DNA of 64,000 bases, taken from Desulfuromonadales bacterium (lineage in GTDB: Bacteria > Desulfobacterota > Desulfuromonadia > Desulfuromonadales > SZUA-540). Position 1 is the first letter of the stretch. Each line of letters starts with the position of its first letter. The position numbers were made by a program, and so were the translations under genes. Under the pieces are notes generated by a model. That model was given only the letters and a program-made list of their open reading frames with translations. It was not told where the DNA came from and did not search any database. The DNA is taken from NCBI GenBank assembly GCA_033549025.1, contig JAWSUS010000004.1, forward strand, positions 64,001-128,000. The letters run 5' to 3'. This document shows, piece after piece, positions 36,954 to 46,567 of the stretch.

Positions 36954-39536
36954 TTAGCGGTAGCAGAGGAGTTTCTGCGAAACCACATCGGCCAGCAGGT
37001 GCAGGCCGTCGCCGGCTAGCTGGCAGACGCGAACGACCCGGCGATATTTGCTGCTGGCCGGCATGAGGGCTTCCAGGCTGTTGGGCTGGGCGTCAAGCCA
37101 GGCTCGGTCGAAGGTGCAGGTTTTGTTCTCGGGGAAAATGGCCAGGTAAAAGATATCCGTTTCCACCAGATCCTGGAAGAAGTGAGAACCGAAGGAGAGC
37201 TCGGGCATGAGGCCACCACTGCTGAAGGCGACTTCGCCCAGCACCGCAAAGTTGTTGATCTCGGAAAATTTCACCGGGACCCCCAGGGCTGGCGTGGAGG
37301 TGCCCCAGCGCCCCGGACCCAGTAGCAGGGTGGGGCTCTCGTAACGGTCGCTGATCCGTTTGTTGAGGCGGCCGATCAGGCGGGCGACGTCGTATTTATC
37401 CGTCAGGGCGAGACGGGAGTATTCCTCCGCATCGACGGAAATGACGCGGGTGATCTTCTGGGAAAGATTGCCCCCCATGAAGTTCCCTTCGCTCTGGATG
37501 AAAATCCGCTCGGCCGGAACGCTTTCGGGGATTTCCACCTTAAGCTCCTGCCCCTTGGTCTGCAGCGGGCGGCACTGCACCACATTGATTTTCGGCGTTC
37601 CCTTGGGGGTGAAGTTCACGGTGAATTCGGCGTCGACGGGGTAGTCGTAGGCCTTTTCCAGGGTTTTCAGCAGGCGCTGCATCATGGGGGTGAAGTCGCC
37701 GTCCGCAAGAAGCCGGTCGAAGGTCAGCAGCCAGTATTCTTCCCCCTTGCGGCCTCGCTCGGCCAATCTTTTCATCGTTTCCTCGTCCCGCACGCCGTAG
37801 CGCTGGATAGGCAGGTCGGGGTTCTCCCGCAGTAGGGCAGCCAGATTGACCGTTTGCAGACTGTTCTCGTTGACGTTGAGCAGGTCGACGTCCCGCTGGG
37901 AGAATTTGCGGGTGTCCTCGAAGCCGGCGTGGGGGCGCTTGAGGGGGGAGTCGAGGGCGACGATGCGAGGATAGTCGCCCTCCACCCGATCCACGGCCCG
38001 GGTACCCAGGCCGAGAACGAGACGCAGCATGCCGGCCTGCGGGTCCATCCCCTTATCCCACACGAAGGTGTTGTAGGAGACGCCGACCCCGGCCAGTTCG
38101 GGGTAATAGAAGTGCTGGTGGTAAGAGCCGGAGACGCGCTGGATAAGCAGGGCCATCTGCTCGTCGAGATGGTCGAGGCCCCGCTGCTTGCGGTAACTCA
38201 GGGCGTCCTCGCTCATGGCGCTGGCGAAGATCTGGCGGATGGCTTCCTCGAGTTTTTCGTAGCGCTGTTCTGGGGTGCCCTGATTGACGCAGAAAAAACT
38301 GTCGTATTTGCCGGCGAAGGCGTTGCCGAAGCCATCTTCAAGCAGGGAGCTGGAGCGGACGATGATGGGGTATTGCCCGTAGTATTCCAGCATCTTGCGC
38401 AGGCTCTCCTGCACATACTCGGGCAGCTTGCCGTGCAGCATCTTCTGGCGCAGTTCCTCGGCGGCACTGAAGTAGCCGTCCTCGGTTTTCTGCTCCATGT
38501 AGAGCTTCCACCAGCCGTTATGGACGATGTAGGAGTAGTAGACGTTGGAGCCGACGAAAAAGGAATCGTGGGACTCGAGGTAATCGGACCAGTCGAACTC
38601 CTTGTCCCGCCGGAGAATATCACGGGCCAGCAGCATGCCGACGGTTTTGCCGCCGATAAAGCCGGTGCCGATCAGGCGCTTTTTGATGTTGAGCAGGTCC
38701 TGCAGGGAAAAAGTGCGCCGGGCCAGGGACAGCATGCGGTCGTCGCGGCCGATGAGGTGGTGGCAGAGATGGTCGACCATTTTCGCCTGTTCCTGGTGAG
38801 CGTCCGGCTGACGGGCGCACTCTTCGGCCTGCAGAAAGAGACGATGCCAGTGGTCCAGCTGCCGGGTGGCGCTGCTGCCGTCGGGATCGGCCAGGCGCGA
38901 CAGCATATTGGTGGCCTCATAGCTGTTGGCCAGGGGAATGAAGCGCTCCCCGTCCAGCCGGTGCGGCAGAAACATGGTGGGGGAGTGACGTTCCCACACC
39001 TTGAGGGGGTGAATGTGAATGCGGCCGTCGAAATTGTAGACATCAAGCAGAACCTGGGTCGTCTCGCGGATGCGGGCGATGGTCTGCAGCGAGTGGCGGT
39101 CGCGGATGAGGGCGAAGTAGGCGACGGTGTCGAGTTCGAAGAGGTAGGGGCAGGTCACTTGGAAGAAGTTGCCGATCATGTGATCCGTAGCCCAGGCCGA
39201 CAGCAGATCCGAGAGGCAGTCAAAGACATAGAACGCCCCGATGCCTTCCTCGGTGATGATGGCGTGAATGCGGCTGGCAAAGGGCTCGAAACCCCGTCGG
39301 GCATCAAGCTCGTGAATCATGACGTCGTCACCGGGCGGGACCAGCGGAGGGTGCTGGCCGAAGCGCATATAGACAATGCGCCGTCCCTTTTTTCGGGCGG
39401 CATCCACGTAAGGGGTGACGAACTGGCGGTAATCGTCGATATCGTCGACCTTCCACACCACGTTGTCACCGATGCGCAGATCGTCGAGGATTTCATCCAG
39501 TCCCTTGAATCCGGTGGTCACCCGTTGTGTTTTCAT
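36954..39536 (-). CDS. PEP/pyruvate-binding (PPDK_N, ATP-grasp) domain protein with N-terminal KaiC/RecA-like segment
   Basis: IGGK, IIVRSSSLLEDGFGNAFAGKYDS, GLGTRAV, VQCRPLQ; N-terminal TTGFKGLDEIL. Confidence 0.85.
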   Translation of the reverse strand: MKTQRVTTGFKGLDEILDDLRIGDNVVWKVDDIDDYRQFVTPYVDAARKKGRRIVYMRFGQHPPLVPPGDDVMIHELDARRGFEPFASRIHAIITEEGIGAFYVFDCLSDLLSAWATDHMIGNFFQVTCPYLFELDTVAYFALIRDRHSLQTIARIRETTQVLLDVYNFDGRIHIHPLKVWERHSPTMFLPHRLDGERFIPLANSYEATNMLSRLADPDGSSATRQLDHWHRLFLQAEECARQPDAHQEQAKMVDHLCHHLIGRDDRMLSLARRTFSLQDLLNIKKRLIGTGFIGGKTVGMLLARDILRRDKEFDWSDYLESHDSFFVGSNVYYSYIVHNGWWKLYMEQKTEDGYFSAAEELRQKMLHGKLPEYVQESLRKMLEYYGQYPIIVRSSSLLEDGFGNAFAGKYDSFFCVNQGTPEQRYEKLEEAIRQIFASAMSEDALSYRKQRGLDHLDEQMALLIQRVSGSYHQHFYYPELAGVGVSYNTFVWDKGMDPQAGMLRLVLGLGTRAVDRVEGDYPRIVALDSPLKRPHAGFEDTRKFSQRDVDLLNVNENSLQTVNLAALLRENPDLPIQRYGVRDEETMKRLAERGRKGEEYWLLTFDRLLADGDFTPMMQRLLKTLEKAYDYPVDAEFTVNFTPKGTPKINVVQCRPLQTKGQELKVEIPESVPAERIFIQSEGNFMGGNLSQKITRVISVDAEEYSRLALTDKYDVARLIGRLNKRISDRYESPTLLLGPGRWGTSTPALGVPVKFSEINNFAVLGEVAFSSGGLMPELSFGSHFFQDLVETDIFYLAIFPENKTCTFDRAWLDAQPNSLEALMPASSKYRRVVRVCQLAGDGLHLLADVVSQKLLCYR

Positions 39537-39746
39537 GCCGACTCCTTTTTATGATGGTCAGATTTGTCTGAAAAAATCGGGGATAAGGGTGCCTGTTTTT
39601 ATAGCATGGCAGACCGCTTGCGGTCACGGTTTTCCTGATGGGTGGGCCGTTTGACCCCAACGGGGAAAAAGCTTATGGTAGATTCCTGCTAAGAAAACGT
39701 TGTCGAAATGAATAAGAAGGATCGGAACAGATCAGAAAGGGTAGCC

Positions 39747-40937
39747 ATGATGAGGAATTTTCGCCGCCGCTTAGTGGGCCTGGCGGCCTGCCTGTTGCTG
39801 GGGAGCCTGTTTGCCTGTGCGCCGCCCCCCAAGGTTGAACTTCCCGTGGAGGAAGCACCAGAGGAGGCGCCGCCGGTGCCGGCCCCTGTTCCTCCCTTGA
39901 CCCCCGTGGACTGGAGCGCGGTCGACGGCTGGGAACAGGACGCCCTGTCCCCCGCCCTGGAAGTGTTTATGAAGAGCTGCCGAAGCCTGCGCTGGCGGGA
40001 CGGCTGGCAGGAGGTCTGCCGCGAGGCGGCGGACCTCAACCCCTATGACCAGCCGGCCGCTCGCCACTTTTTCGAGACGCGCTTCCAGGCCTACCAGATA
40101 CGCAACGCCGACGGCAGCGATACGGGCATGATCACGGGCTACTACGCGCCCGATCTGCGGGGCAGCCGCCAGCAGACAGCCCGTTTCCGCTATCCCCTCT
40201 ATGCCGTGCCCGATGACCTGCTGGTGGTCGATCTGAGTTCCGTCTACCCCGAACTGGGCAATTACCGCCTGCGGGGCCGGGTGGAAGGGCGCCGGGTGGT
40301 CCCCTACTGGACGCGGGAGGAAATCGATAGTGGCAAGGCGCCTCTGGCCGGTCAGGAAATCTTCTGGGTAGAAGATCCTGTCGAGCTCTTTTTTCTGCAC
40401 ATCCAGGGGTCCGGCCGTATCGTGCTCGAAGGGGATGACCCGGTCATGGTGAATTACGGCGACCAGAACGGCCACCCCTACCGTTCCATCGGCAAGCTTC
40501 TGCTGGAGCGGGGAGCGATGACCCGTGACCAGATGTCCATGCAGAACATCGCCGCCTGGGCTCGCAAAAACCCCGACCAGGTCAACAGTCTGCTCGGCGA
40601 AAATCCCAGCTACATCTTCTTTCGCGAGCTGGCCGATGTGCAGAGCCCGCCGGGGGCCATGGGGATTCCCCTGACAGCCGGGCTCAGCCTGGCCGTCGAT
40701 CCGCGTACCATTCCGCTCGGCGCACCCGTCTTTCTACAGACGACCTGGCCCAGCAGCGATTTGCCCCTGCAGCGCCTCATGGTGGCCCAGGATACGGGCG
40801 GGGCCATCAAGGGAGCGGTGCGGGCTGATTTTTTCTGGGGGATGGGGGATGACGCCGGCGCCTACGCCGGACGCATGAAGCAGCAGGGCCGCCTCTGGGT
40901 GCTCTTGCCGAAGGATATGACGCCCCCCGGTCTATGA
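39747..40937 (+). CDS. mltA: Membrane-bound lytic murein transglycosylase A
   Basis: Lipobox LFAC; TGYYAP, FFLHIQGSG, NPSYIFF, SLAVD, AQDTGGAIKG..RADFFWG. Confidence 0.95.
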   Translation: MMRNFRRRLVGLAACLLLGSLFACAPPPKVELPVEEAPEEAPPVPAPVPPLTPVDWSAVDGWEQDALSPALEVFMKSCRSLRWRDGWQEVCREAADLNPYDQPAARHFFETRFQAYQIRNADGSDTGMITGYYAPDLRGSRQQTARFRYPLYAVPDDLLVVDLSSVYPELGNYRLRGRVEGRRVVPYWTREEIDSGKAPLAGQEIFWVEDPVELFFLHIQGSGRIVLEGDDPVMVNYGDQNGHPYRSIGKLLLERGAMTRDQMSMQNIAAWARKNPDQVNSLLGENPSYIFFRELADVQSPPGAMGIPLTAGLSLAVDPRTIPLGAPVFLQTTWPSSDLPLQRLMVAQDTGGAIKGAVRADFFWGMGDDAGAYAGRMKQQGRLWVLLPKDMTPPGL

Positions 40938-41462
40938 GGCTGGTGGCGCCAGCAGCGGCCGGACCGCCGCCACGGTCTCCAGGGCGACCTGGCCGGCGCT
41001 CTTGCCGTCGCAGTCGAGGCGCAGATCGGCATGGCGCTGGTAGAGGGGGAGTCTTTTGCGGTAGAGGTCGTTCAGGGATTCTCCCGGCTCCATGACGACG
41101 CCGCGGGCGTCCAGGTCGTTGAGGCGCTCGACCAGTTCGGGGAGGGGGACATCGAGGAAAACGGCTATTCCCCGGCGCTTCAGGGCCGCCATGGCCGCGT
41201 CGCTGTAGACCGCCGAGCCGCCGGTGGCGATGACGGTCTGTTCGACCGCCAGATCGAGTAGGGCCTGTTCTTCCACCTGTTTCAGAACGCTCAAGCCTTC
41301 CGTTCGGATGATGGCCTGCAGCGTCCTCTTTTCACGCGCCTGAATCAGCACATCCGTATCGACAAAGTCCATGGCTAGCAGTTTGGCCACCACCACGCCG
41401 ACGGTGCTCTTGCCCGCTCCGGGCATGCCGATGAGCACGATATTGCTTCGCGGCCCTTCCAT
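40932..41462 (-). CDS. aroK: Shikimate kinase
   Basis: LIGMPGAGKSTVG P-loop, FVDTD, VIATGGS, RLPLY; start ATG 41462. Confidence 0.9.
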   Translation of the reverse strand: MEGPRSNIVLIGMPGAGKSTVGVVVAKLLAMDFVDTDVLIQAREKRTLQAIIRTEGLSVLKQVEEQALLDLAVEQTVIATGGSAVYSDAAMAALKRRGIAVFLDVPLPELVERLNDLDARGVVMEPGESLNDLYRKRLPLYQRHADLRLDCDGKSAGQVALETVAAVRPLLAPPAS

Positions 41463-41538
41463 CCTCTGCCCTTTCTCGTGGTTCCTGAAAATCGGGAACT
41501 CGGGCGCCCCCAGCTGGCGGCGCCCGAGATAAACCTCC

Positions 41539-42531
41539 TTAGTCTGCGGCGATCTGCAGCACGATTTTGCCGAAGTGACGGTCTTCATCCATCATGCGGT
41601 GGGCTTCCACCACGTCATCGATGGAGAAGGTCTTTTCGATGATGGGCACAATGCTGCGGTCGGCGAATTTGGGCAGCGCCCGGCGGGTGAATTCGGCCAC
41701 GATCTCCCCTTTTTCCGAAACGGGGCGCGAGCGCAGTACGCTGCCGATGATCTGTTGGCGCTTGACCATCATGAGGGCGAGATTGAGTTCCGCCTTGATG
41801 CCGCTGATGACACCGATAATGACCAGCCGGCCCTTGTAGCCGAGGGAGTTCATGTTGGGGGCGAGGTACTTGGCCCCCACGTGATCGAGGATGACATCGA
41901 CCCCCTTCTTGTTGGTAAACTCCTTGACCACCTCGGTGAAGTCGGGGGTCTGGGTGTAATCGATGACCAGGTCGGCACCGAGCTCTTTCACCCGTTCCAT
42001 CTTGCTGGGATGGGCGGTGACGATGAGCTTGGCGTTGGGAGTCAGAGCTTTGGCCAGCTGCAGCGCAGCCGTGTTGACGCCGCCGCCGCCGCCGTGCAGG
42101 ATGGCGGTCTGGCCGTCCTGCAGATCGCCGATCATGAAGACGTTGAGAAAAGCGGTGATGTACGACTCGCACACGCAGGCCGCCTCGGCAAAGCTCATGC
42201 TCTCGGGGATGGGCATCAGGTGGTTGGCGTAGGCCACGGCGTATTCGGCGTAGCCGCCGCCGCCCACCAGGCTCATGACCCGGTCGCCCGCCTTCCACTG
42301 GCTGACCTTGGGCCCCACTTCGGCCACCACGCCGGCCACTTCCAGACCGAGAATCTCCGAATCGCCGGGAGGGGGCGGATACTTGCCCTCACGCTGCACC
42401 AGGTCGGGCCGGTTGATTGAGGTGGCCATCACCTTGATCAGAACCTGGTTTTCACCGGGCACCGGCCGCTCCGCCTCACCCACGCGCAAGACCTCCACAC
42501 CACCAAAACCGTCGAGTTGAACTGCTTTCAT
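41539..42531 (-). CDS. NAD(P)H:quinone oxidoreductase, PIG3/zeta-crystallin (MDR) family
   Basis: INRPDLVQREGKYPPP, ILGLEVAG, GGGYAEY, HGGGGGV, GSVLRSR, HFGKIVL; GGAGG RBS. Confidence 0.92.
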   Translation of the reverse strand: MKAVQLDGFGGVEVLRVGEAERPVPGENQVLIKVMATSINRPDLVQREGKYPPPPGDSEILGLEVAGVVAEVGPKVSQWKAGDRVMSLVGGGGYAEYAVAYANHLMPIPESMSFAEAACVCESYITAFLNVFMIGDLQDGQTAILHGGGGGVNTAALQLAKALTPNAKLIVTAHPSKMERVKELGADLVIDYTQTPDFTEVVKEFTNKKGVDVILDHVGAKYLAPNMNSLGYKGRLVIIGVISGIKAELNLALMMVKRQQIIGSVLRSRPVSEKGEIVAEFTRRALPKFADRSIVPIIEKTFSIDDVVEAHRMMDEDRHFGKIVLQIAAD

Positions 42532-42788
42532 AATCCCTGCCTCCTTTGGGAAAGATGTCTGGCGAAAAAAGAATAAAACAGCGTGTTGATTATAGGGAAT
42601 CCCTGTGAGGTTGCAACCCCAAATGCGGATGAGAGATAGGCGGTAAGCAGGAAGCACAGAGTTATTTCTGGGAGGCTTGCAGTGCTAAAGAAAGCTGCTC
42701 GGGGTTGACAAACTCCCGATTTGACGTTAAAAAAGCGTCTTTATGAGCGAGCTTGCCATTGACTTTTCACCTGACAGGGGGAGTTTTT

Positions 42789-43463
42789 ATGAAAAAGGAT
42801 ATCCAGGAAAAAGGGGCCATCATTCAGCGCGACAAGGAGACCTATGCGGTGGCTCCCCACATTCCCGGCGGCATCACCAATCCGGCGACCCTGCGCAAGA
42901 TCGCCGATGTGGCGGAGAAATACGGGGCCCAGGCGCTGAAACTGACGAGCGCCCAGCGCATCGCCATTGTCGGGTTGCCCGAAGAGAAGCTGGATGAGAT
43001 CTGGGAGGAGCTGGGGGAGAAGCCCGGCGCCGCCATTGGTCTCTGTGTGCGCAGCGTCAAGATCTGCCCCGGCACCACCTTCTGCAAGCGCGGCCAGCAG
43101 GATTCCGTGACCGTGGGGCTGGAGATGGATGAGAAGTACCATGGCCTGCAGCTCCCCTGGAAGTTCAAGATGGGGGTCTCCGGTTGCATCAACGATTGCG
43201 CCGAAGGGTGCATCAAGGACGTCGCTCTTATTGGCACGCCCAAGGGCTGGAACGTGATGGTCGGCGGCAACGGGGGCGGGCAGGCGCGCCTCTCTTACAA
43301 GCTGCTCGAACATGTGCCTACCGACGAAGAGGCGCTGGCCGTGGTCGATCACATCATCCAGTGGTTCAAGGCCAAGGATCGCAAGTGTCGCCTCGGCAAG
43401 TTCATCGATGAGATGGGCATCGATGCCTTCCGCGACGAACTGCTGCAGGACTTCAAACCCTGA
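42789..43463 (+). CDS. Stand-alone nitrite/sulfite reductase-like siroheme/[4Fe-4S] domain protein
   Basis: PHIPGG, KLTSAQRI, VRSVKICPGTTFCKRG, KFKMGVSGCINDCAE. Confidence 0.85.
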   Translation: MKKDIQEKGAIIQRDKETYAVAPHIPGGITNPATLRKIADVAEKYGAQALKLTSAQRIAIVGLPEEKLDEIWEELGEKPGAAIGLCVRSVKICPGTTFCKRGQQDSVTVGLEMDEKYHGLQLPWKFKMGVSGCINDCAEGCIKDVALIGTPKGWNVMVGGNGGGQARLSYKLLEHVPTDEEALAVVDHIIQWFKAKDRKCRLGKFIDEMGIDAFRDELLQDFKP

Positions 43464-43471
43464 GTTGTTAA

Positions 43472-43498
43472 AAAGGGGAGCCAAATCGGCTCCCCTTT
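43472..43498. terminator. Bidirectional terminator
   Basis: AAAGGGGAGCC-AAATC-GGCTCCCCTTT between convergent genes. Confidence 0.8.
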
Positions 43499-43502
43499 GT
43501 TG

Positions 43503-44207
43503 TCAGGGCTGGGCGATGAAGCGGTAGCCGCGGCCGCGCACGGTGAGAAAATGAACGGGGTTGGCCGGGTCCGGTTCGAAGTAGCGGCGCAGGCGGACGA
43601 TGAAGTTGTCCAGCGTGCGGGTCTCCGTGTCCGGCGCCATGCCCCACACCAGCTTCAGCAGTTCAGCGCGGCTGAGAATTTCTCCTTCGCGATCGAAAAA
43701 GATACGCAGCATCTTGATTTCCAGCTCGGTCAGGCTGACCTCTCCGCGGGGGGTGGTGGCCGTCTGTTCCTGCAGATTCACCTTGTTGCCGCCAAAGGCG
43801 TAGAGATCGCCCGGCGGCAACTCTTCCTTGTACCATCCTGAACGTCGCAGCATCCCTTTAATCCGCAACAGGAATTCGTCCAGGCTGAAAGGTTTGGTCA
43901 GGTAATCGTCGGCCCCGGCGGCGAGGCCTTTGACGCGGTCCCGCTCCTGGGAGCGGGCGGTGAGGATGAGGATGGGCAGGCGCGGGCTCTTTTCACGGAT
44001 CTGCCGGCACACTTCGAGGCCGTCGATGCCCGGCAGGGAGAGATCGAGCACCAGCAGGGAGAAGGATTCCCGGTTGAAGGCGTCCAGGGCCTTCTCGCCG
44101 CTGCCGGCGTGGGTGACGGCGTAGCCTTCGGCTTCAAGGTTGAAAAGGAGCCCTCGGGCGAGGCTCGGCTCGTCTTCCACCAGCAGAATGCGGGCTTGGG
44201 GCATCAT
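43503..44207 (-). CDS. OmpR/PhoB-family response regulator
   Basis: ILLVEDE, LDLSLP, GADDYLTKPF, winged-helix TRTLDNFIVRLR...TVRGRGYRF. Confidence 0.95.
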   Translation of the reverse strand: MMPQARILLVEDEPSLARGLLFNLEAEGYAVTHAGSGEKALDAFNRESFSLLVLDLSLPGIDGLEVCRQIREKSPRLPILILTARSQERDRVKGLAAGADDYLTKPFSLDEFLLRIKGMLRRSGWYKEELPPGDLYAFGGNKVNLQEQTATTPRGEVSLTELEIKMLRIFFDREGEILSRAELLKLVWGMAPDTETRTLDNFIVRLRRYFEPDPANPVHFLTVRGRGYRFIAQP

Positions 44208-45160
44208 TCCCTCTCCTTGACCGGTGAAGTCAGGGGGAGGGTGATGTGCACGGTGACTCCCTTGTTCAACCCCTCACTCTCGATCCAGACCTTGCCGCGG
44301 TGCAGCAGAATGACGGCCCGGATGATGAAGAGGCCCAGCCCGCTCCCCCGGATCGTCTCCCCGCCGGACTTGACCCGGTAAAACATGCGGAAGACTCTCT
44401 TTAGCTCTTTTTTCTCCAGGCCCCGGCCCTGATCGGCAAAGGTCAGGTGCGCCTGGTCCCCTTCGGCTTGAAGGGTCAATTTGAGGACAGGGGGGCCATT
44501 GCTGTAGAGCAGGGCATTCTCGAGAAGGTTGCGAAAGACGGCCTTGAGCCAGTCGGTGTCGGCGCGCACATGGATTTCGGGGGCGATGTCCAGCGCCATG
44601 GTGCCTGCCTTGGGCAGGGCGTACTGCTGGGGCCGAAAGTAGTTGCTGACCATTTCGGACAGGTTACAGGGAGTCAGGTTGAGTTTGAGTCCCCGCTGCT
44701 CCAGGCGGTTGGCGGCTAAGAGGTTGTTCACCAGGGTGTTCAGCCGGTCGGTGTCGGCCAGCATGGTGTCGAGAAAGGTATCCATCTGCTCCGGGTCGGG
44801 CTGGCGGCGGCGAATGGTTTCGAGGTGCAACTGGATGGAGGCGATGGGGGATTTGAGCTCATGGGTCACCTGGGCGATGAACTGGTGCTGGGCCCGGTAA
44901 AGGGCTGATTGCCTGCGCCAGTAGAGAAAGATGACGTAGACCCCGGCCAGAATGGCCCCGAGCAACAGCAGCCCCTCGATCAGGATGAGCCAGTCCCAGC
45001 CCCGCTGCAGCAGGTCGGGGCTGTATTGTTCGGCCAGGACGCGCAGGCGCCGGTGACTTCCCATGAACCAGGAAACCCAGGAGATGACGATGATCACCCA
45101 GATGAGCTGGACGGCGACAAAGGCGAAGAGCGGATTGATAACGCGGCGAAAGAGCTTCAT
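44204..45160 (-). CDS. Sensor histidine kinase with two TM helices and a very short extracytoplasmic loop
   Basis: HELKSP H-box, NLLENA N-box, DQGRG, GSGLGL. Confidence 0.93.
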   Translation of the reverse strand: MKLFRRVINPLFAFVAVQLIWVIIVISWVSWFMGSHRRLRVLAEQYSPDLLQRGWDWLILIEGLLLLGAILAGVYVIFLYWRRQSALYRAQHQFIAQVTHELKSPIASIQLHLETIRRRQPDPEQMDTFLDTMLADTDRLNTLVNNLLAANRLEQRGLKLNLTPCNLSEMVSNYFRPQQYALPKAGTMALDIAPEIHVRADTDWLKAVFRNLLENALLYSNGPPVLKLTLQAEGDQAHLTFADQGRGLEKKELKRVFRMFYRVKSGGETIRGSGLGLFIIRAVILLHRGKVWIESEGLNKGVTVHITLPLTSPVKERE

Positions 45161-45203
45161 GGGCCATCTTTATCATTTCGCGAGGCGGTGAACAAGACCT
45201 ATG

Positions 45204-45230
45204 TCACAAAGGTTTTACATAACTATTACA
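45204..45230. promoter_or_regulatory. Triple direct repeat T(C/T)ACA-N6 with 11-bp period; putative OmpR-family binding site
   Basis: TCACA at 45204, TTACA at 45215 and TTACA at 45226 in the divergent intergenic region next to the two-component genes. Confidence 0.6.
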
Positions 45231-45307
45231 ATTGCCTTGGCCATCTTCTGCTAGGCTGTCTTCAGTTCAGAAACCGCCAGCGATGGCTGCAGCCAAGGAG
45301 ATTGACC

Positions 45308-46405
45308 ATGACAAAGCCTTTGACCATTGGTAAACATACGGCCCGTTTTCCCGTTATTCAGGGCGGAATGGGCGTGCGCGTTTCCGCTGGCCGCCTGGCC
45401 GGAGCCGTGGCCCGCAGCGGCGGCATCGGTCTGGTTGCTGCCGCCGGCATGGCCCTGAACAGCAGCCGCTACGACGGCAAAAACTACTTTACCGCCGATC
45501 CGCTCGCGCTGAAGGATGAAATCGCCAAGGCCTACGCCATGGCTCCCGACGGCATCGTCGGCACCAACTGCATGGTCGCCGTCACCAATTTCGATGAAAT
45601 GGTGCGGGCTTCCTGCGAGGGCGGCGCCAAGGTCATCGTCTGTGGTGCCGGCCTGCCCTTGAACCTTCCCGGCCTCACCACCGATTATCCCGACGTAGCC
45701 CTGATCCCCATTGTTTCGTCCGTCAAGGCGGCCGAGCTCATCGCCCGCAAATGGAAGAAGGGGTATGACCGTCTTCCTGACGCCGTGGTTGTGGAAGATC
45801 CGGACACGGCCGGTGGCCACCTGGGCGAGAAGCTGGAAAAAATCGGTGACGGCACCTACGATCAGTATGCGACGGTGCGCGGCGTCAAAGCCTATTTCCG
45901 CGAGGAATGGAATCTGGATATCCCCATCATCGCCGCCGGCGGCATCTGGGATCGCCAGGATCTTCTCAACGCGCTGGAGCAGGGCGCCGACGGCGTGCAG
46001 ATGGCCAGCCGCTTCGTCTGCACCGAAGAGTGCGACGCTTCGGACGCTTTCAAGGAAGCCTATCTGAACTGCCGTCAGGAAGATATCGGACTGATCATGA
46101 GTCCGGCGGGACTTCCCGGCCGGGCCATCAAGGCCAATATCGACAAGGTGCGTCAGCGGGACGTGGATCTGGATGTGCGCTGTCCTTCCGGCTGCCTGAA
46201 GAAATGCGCCTACAAGACCGACCAAGAGCGCTTCTGTATCGTCCACGCCCTCGACCGGGCCCAGCGCGGCGACGTGGAGACGGGACTGGTCTTCTGCGGC
46301 ACCAACGCCTGGAAGGCCGACCGCATCACCACGGTGCAGGCCATCTTCGACGAACTCTTCGACCTGGCGAAACAGGAGGCGGCGCCGCAGGCGGTCAATC
46401 ACTGA
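45308..46405 (+). CDS. Nitronate monooxygenase / FabK-like flavoenzyme
   Basis: AAGGAG RBS; PVIQGGMGV, GAGLP, AGGHLG, IIAAGGI, GADGVQMASRF; Cys-rich CPSGCLKKC...FCI insert. Confidence 0.88.
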   Translation: MTKPLTIGKHTARFPVIQGGMGVRVSAGRLAGAVARSGGIGLVAAAGMALNSSRYDGKNYFTADPLALKDEIAKAYAMAPDGIVGTNCMVAVTNFDEMVRASCEGGAKVIVCGAGLPLNLPGLTTDYPDVALIPIVSSVKAAELIARKWKKGYDRLPDAVVVEDPDTAGGHLGEKLEKIGDGTYDQYATVRGVKAYFREEWNLDIPIIAAGGIWDRQDLLNALEQGADGVQMASRFVCTEECDASDAFKEAYLNCRQEDIGLIMSPAGLPGRAIKANIDKVRQRDVDLDVRCPSGCLKKCAYKTDQERFCIVHALDRAQRGDVETGLVFCGTNAWKADRITTVQAIFDELFDLAKQEAAPQAVNH

Positions 46406-46567
46406 AAAGGTTGAGTGAAAGCAAGATGATGAGAAGGCAGGAGCGATCCTGCCTTTTCCTTTTTTGAAAAGGGGCAGCACCCTGTATCCTAAGAGCTTGT
46501 CATTGCTGAGGGATATGGTGTAAGATCTGGCGGAGTTTTTAATCCGCAAAACCGATAAGGAGTCGGC

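Noticed and set aside
39607..39621. TGGCA-N6-TTGC sigma54-like motif facing mltA
   Set aside because: It overlaps a plausible extended -10 (TGCTATAA) for the divergent gene and lies far from the mltA start; may be chance.
44909..45307. N-terminal extensions in the ORF track (also 20654, 24376, 41588, 42657, 54674, 55449, 57569, 58633)
   Set aside because: They overlap neighbouring genes or promoters; downstream ATGs with an RBS or signal peptide match the family N-termini.
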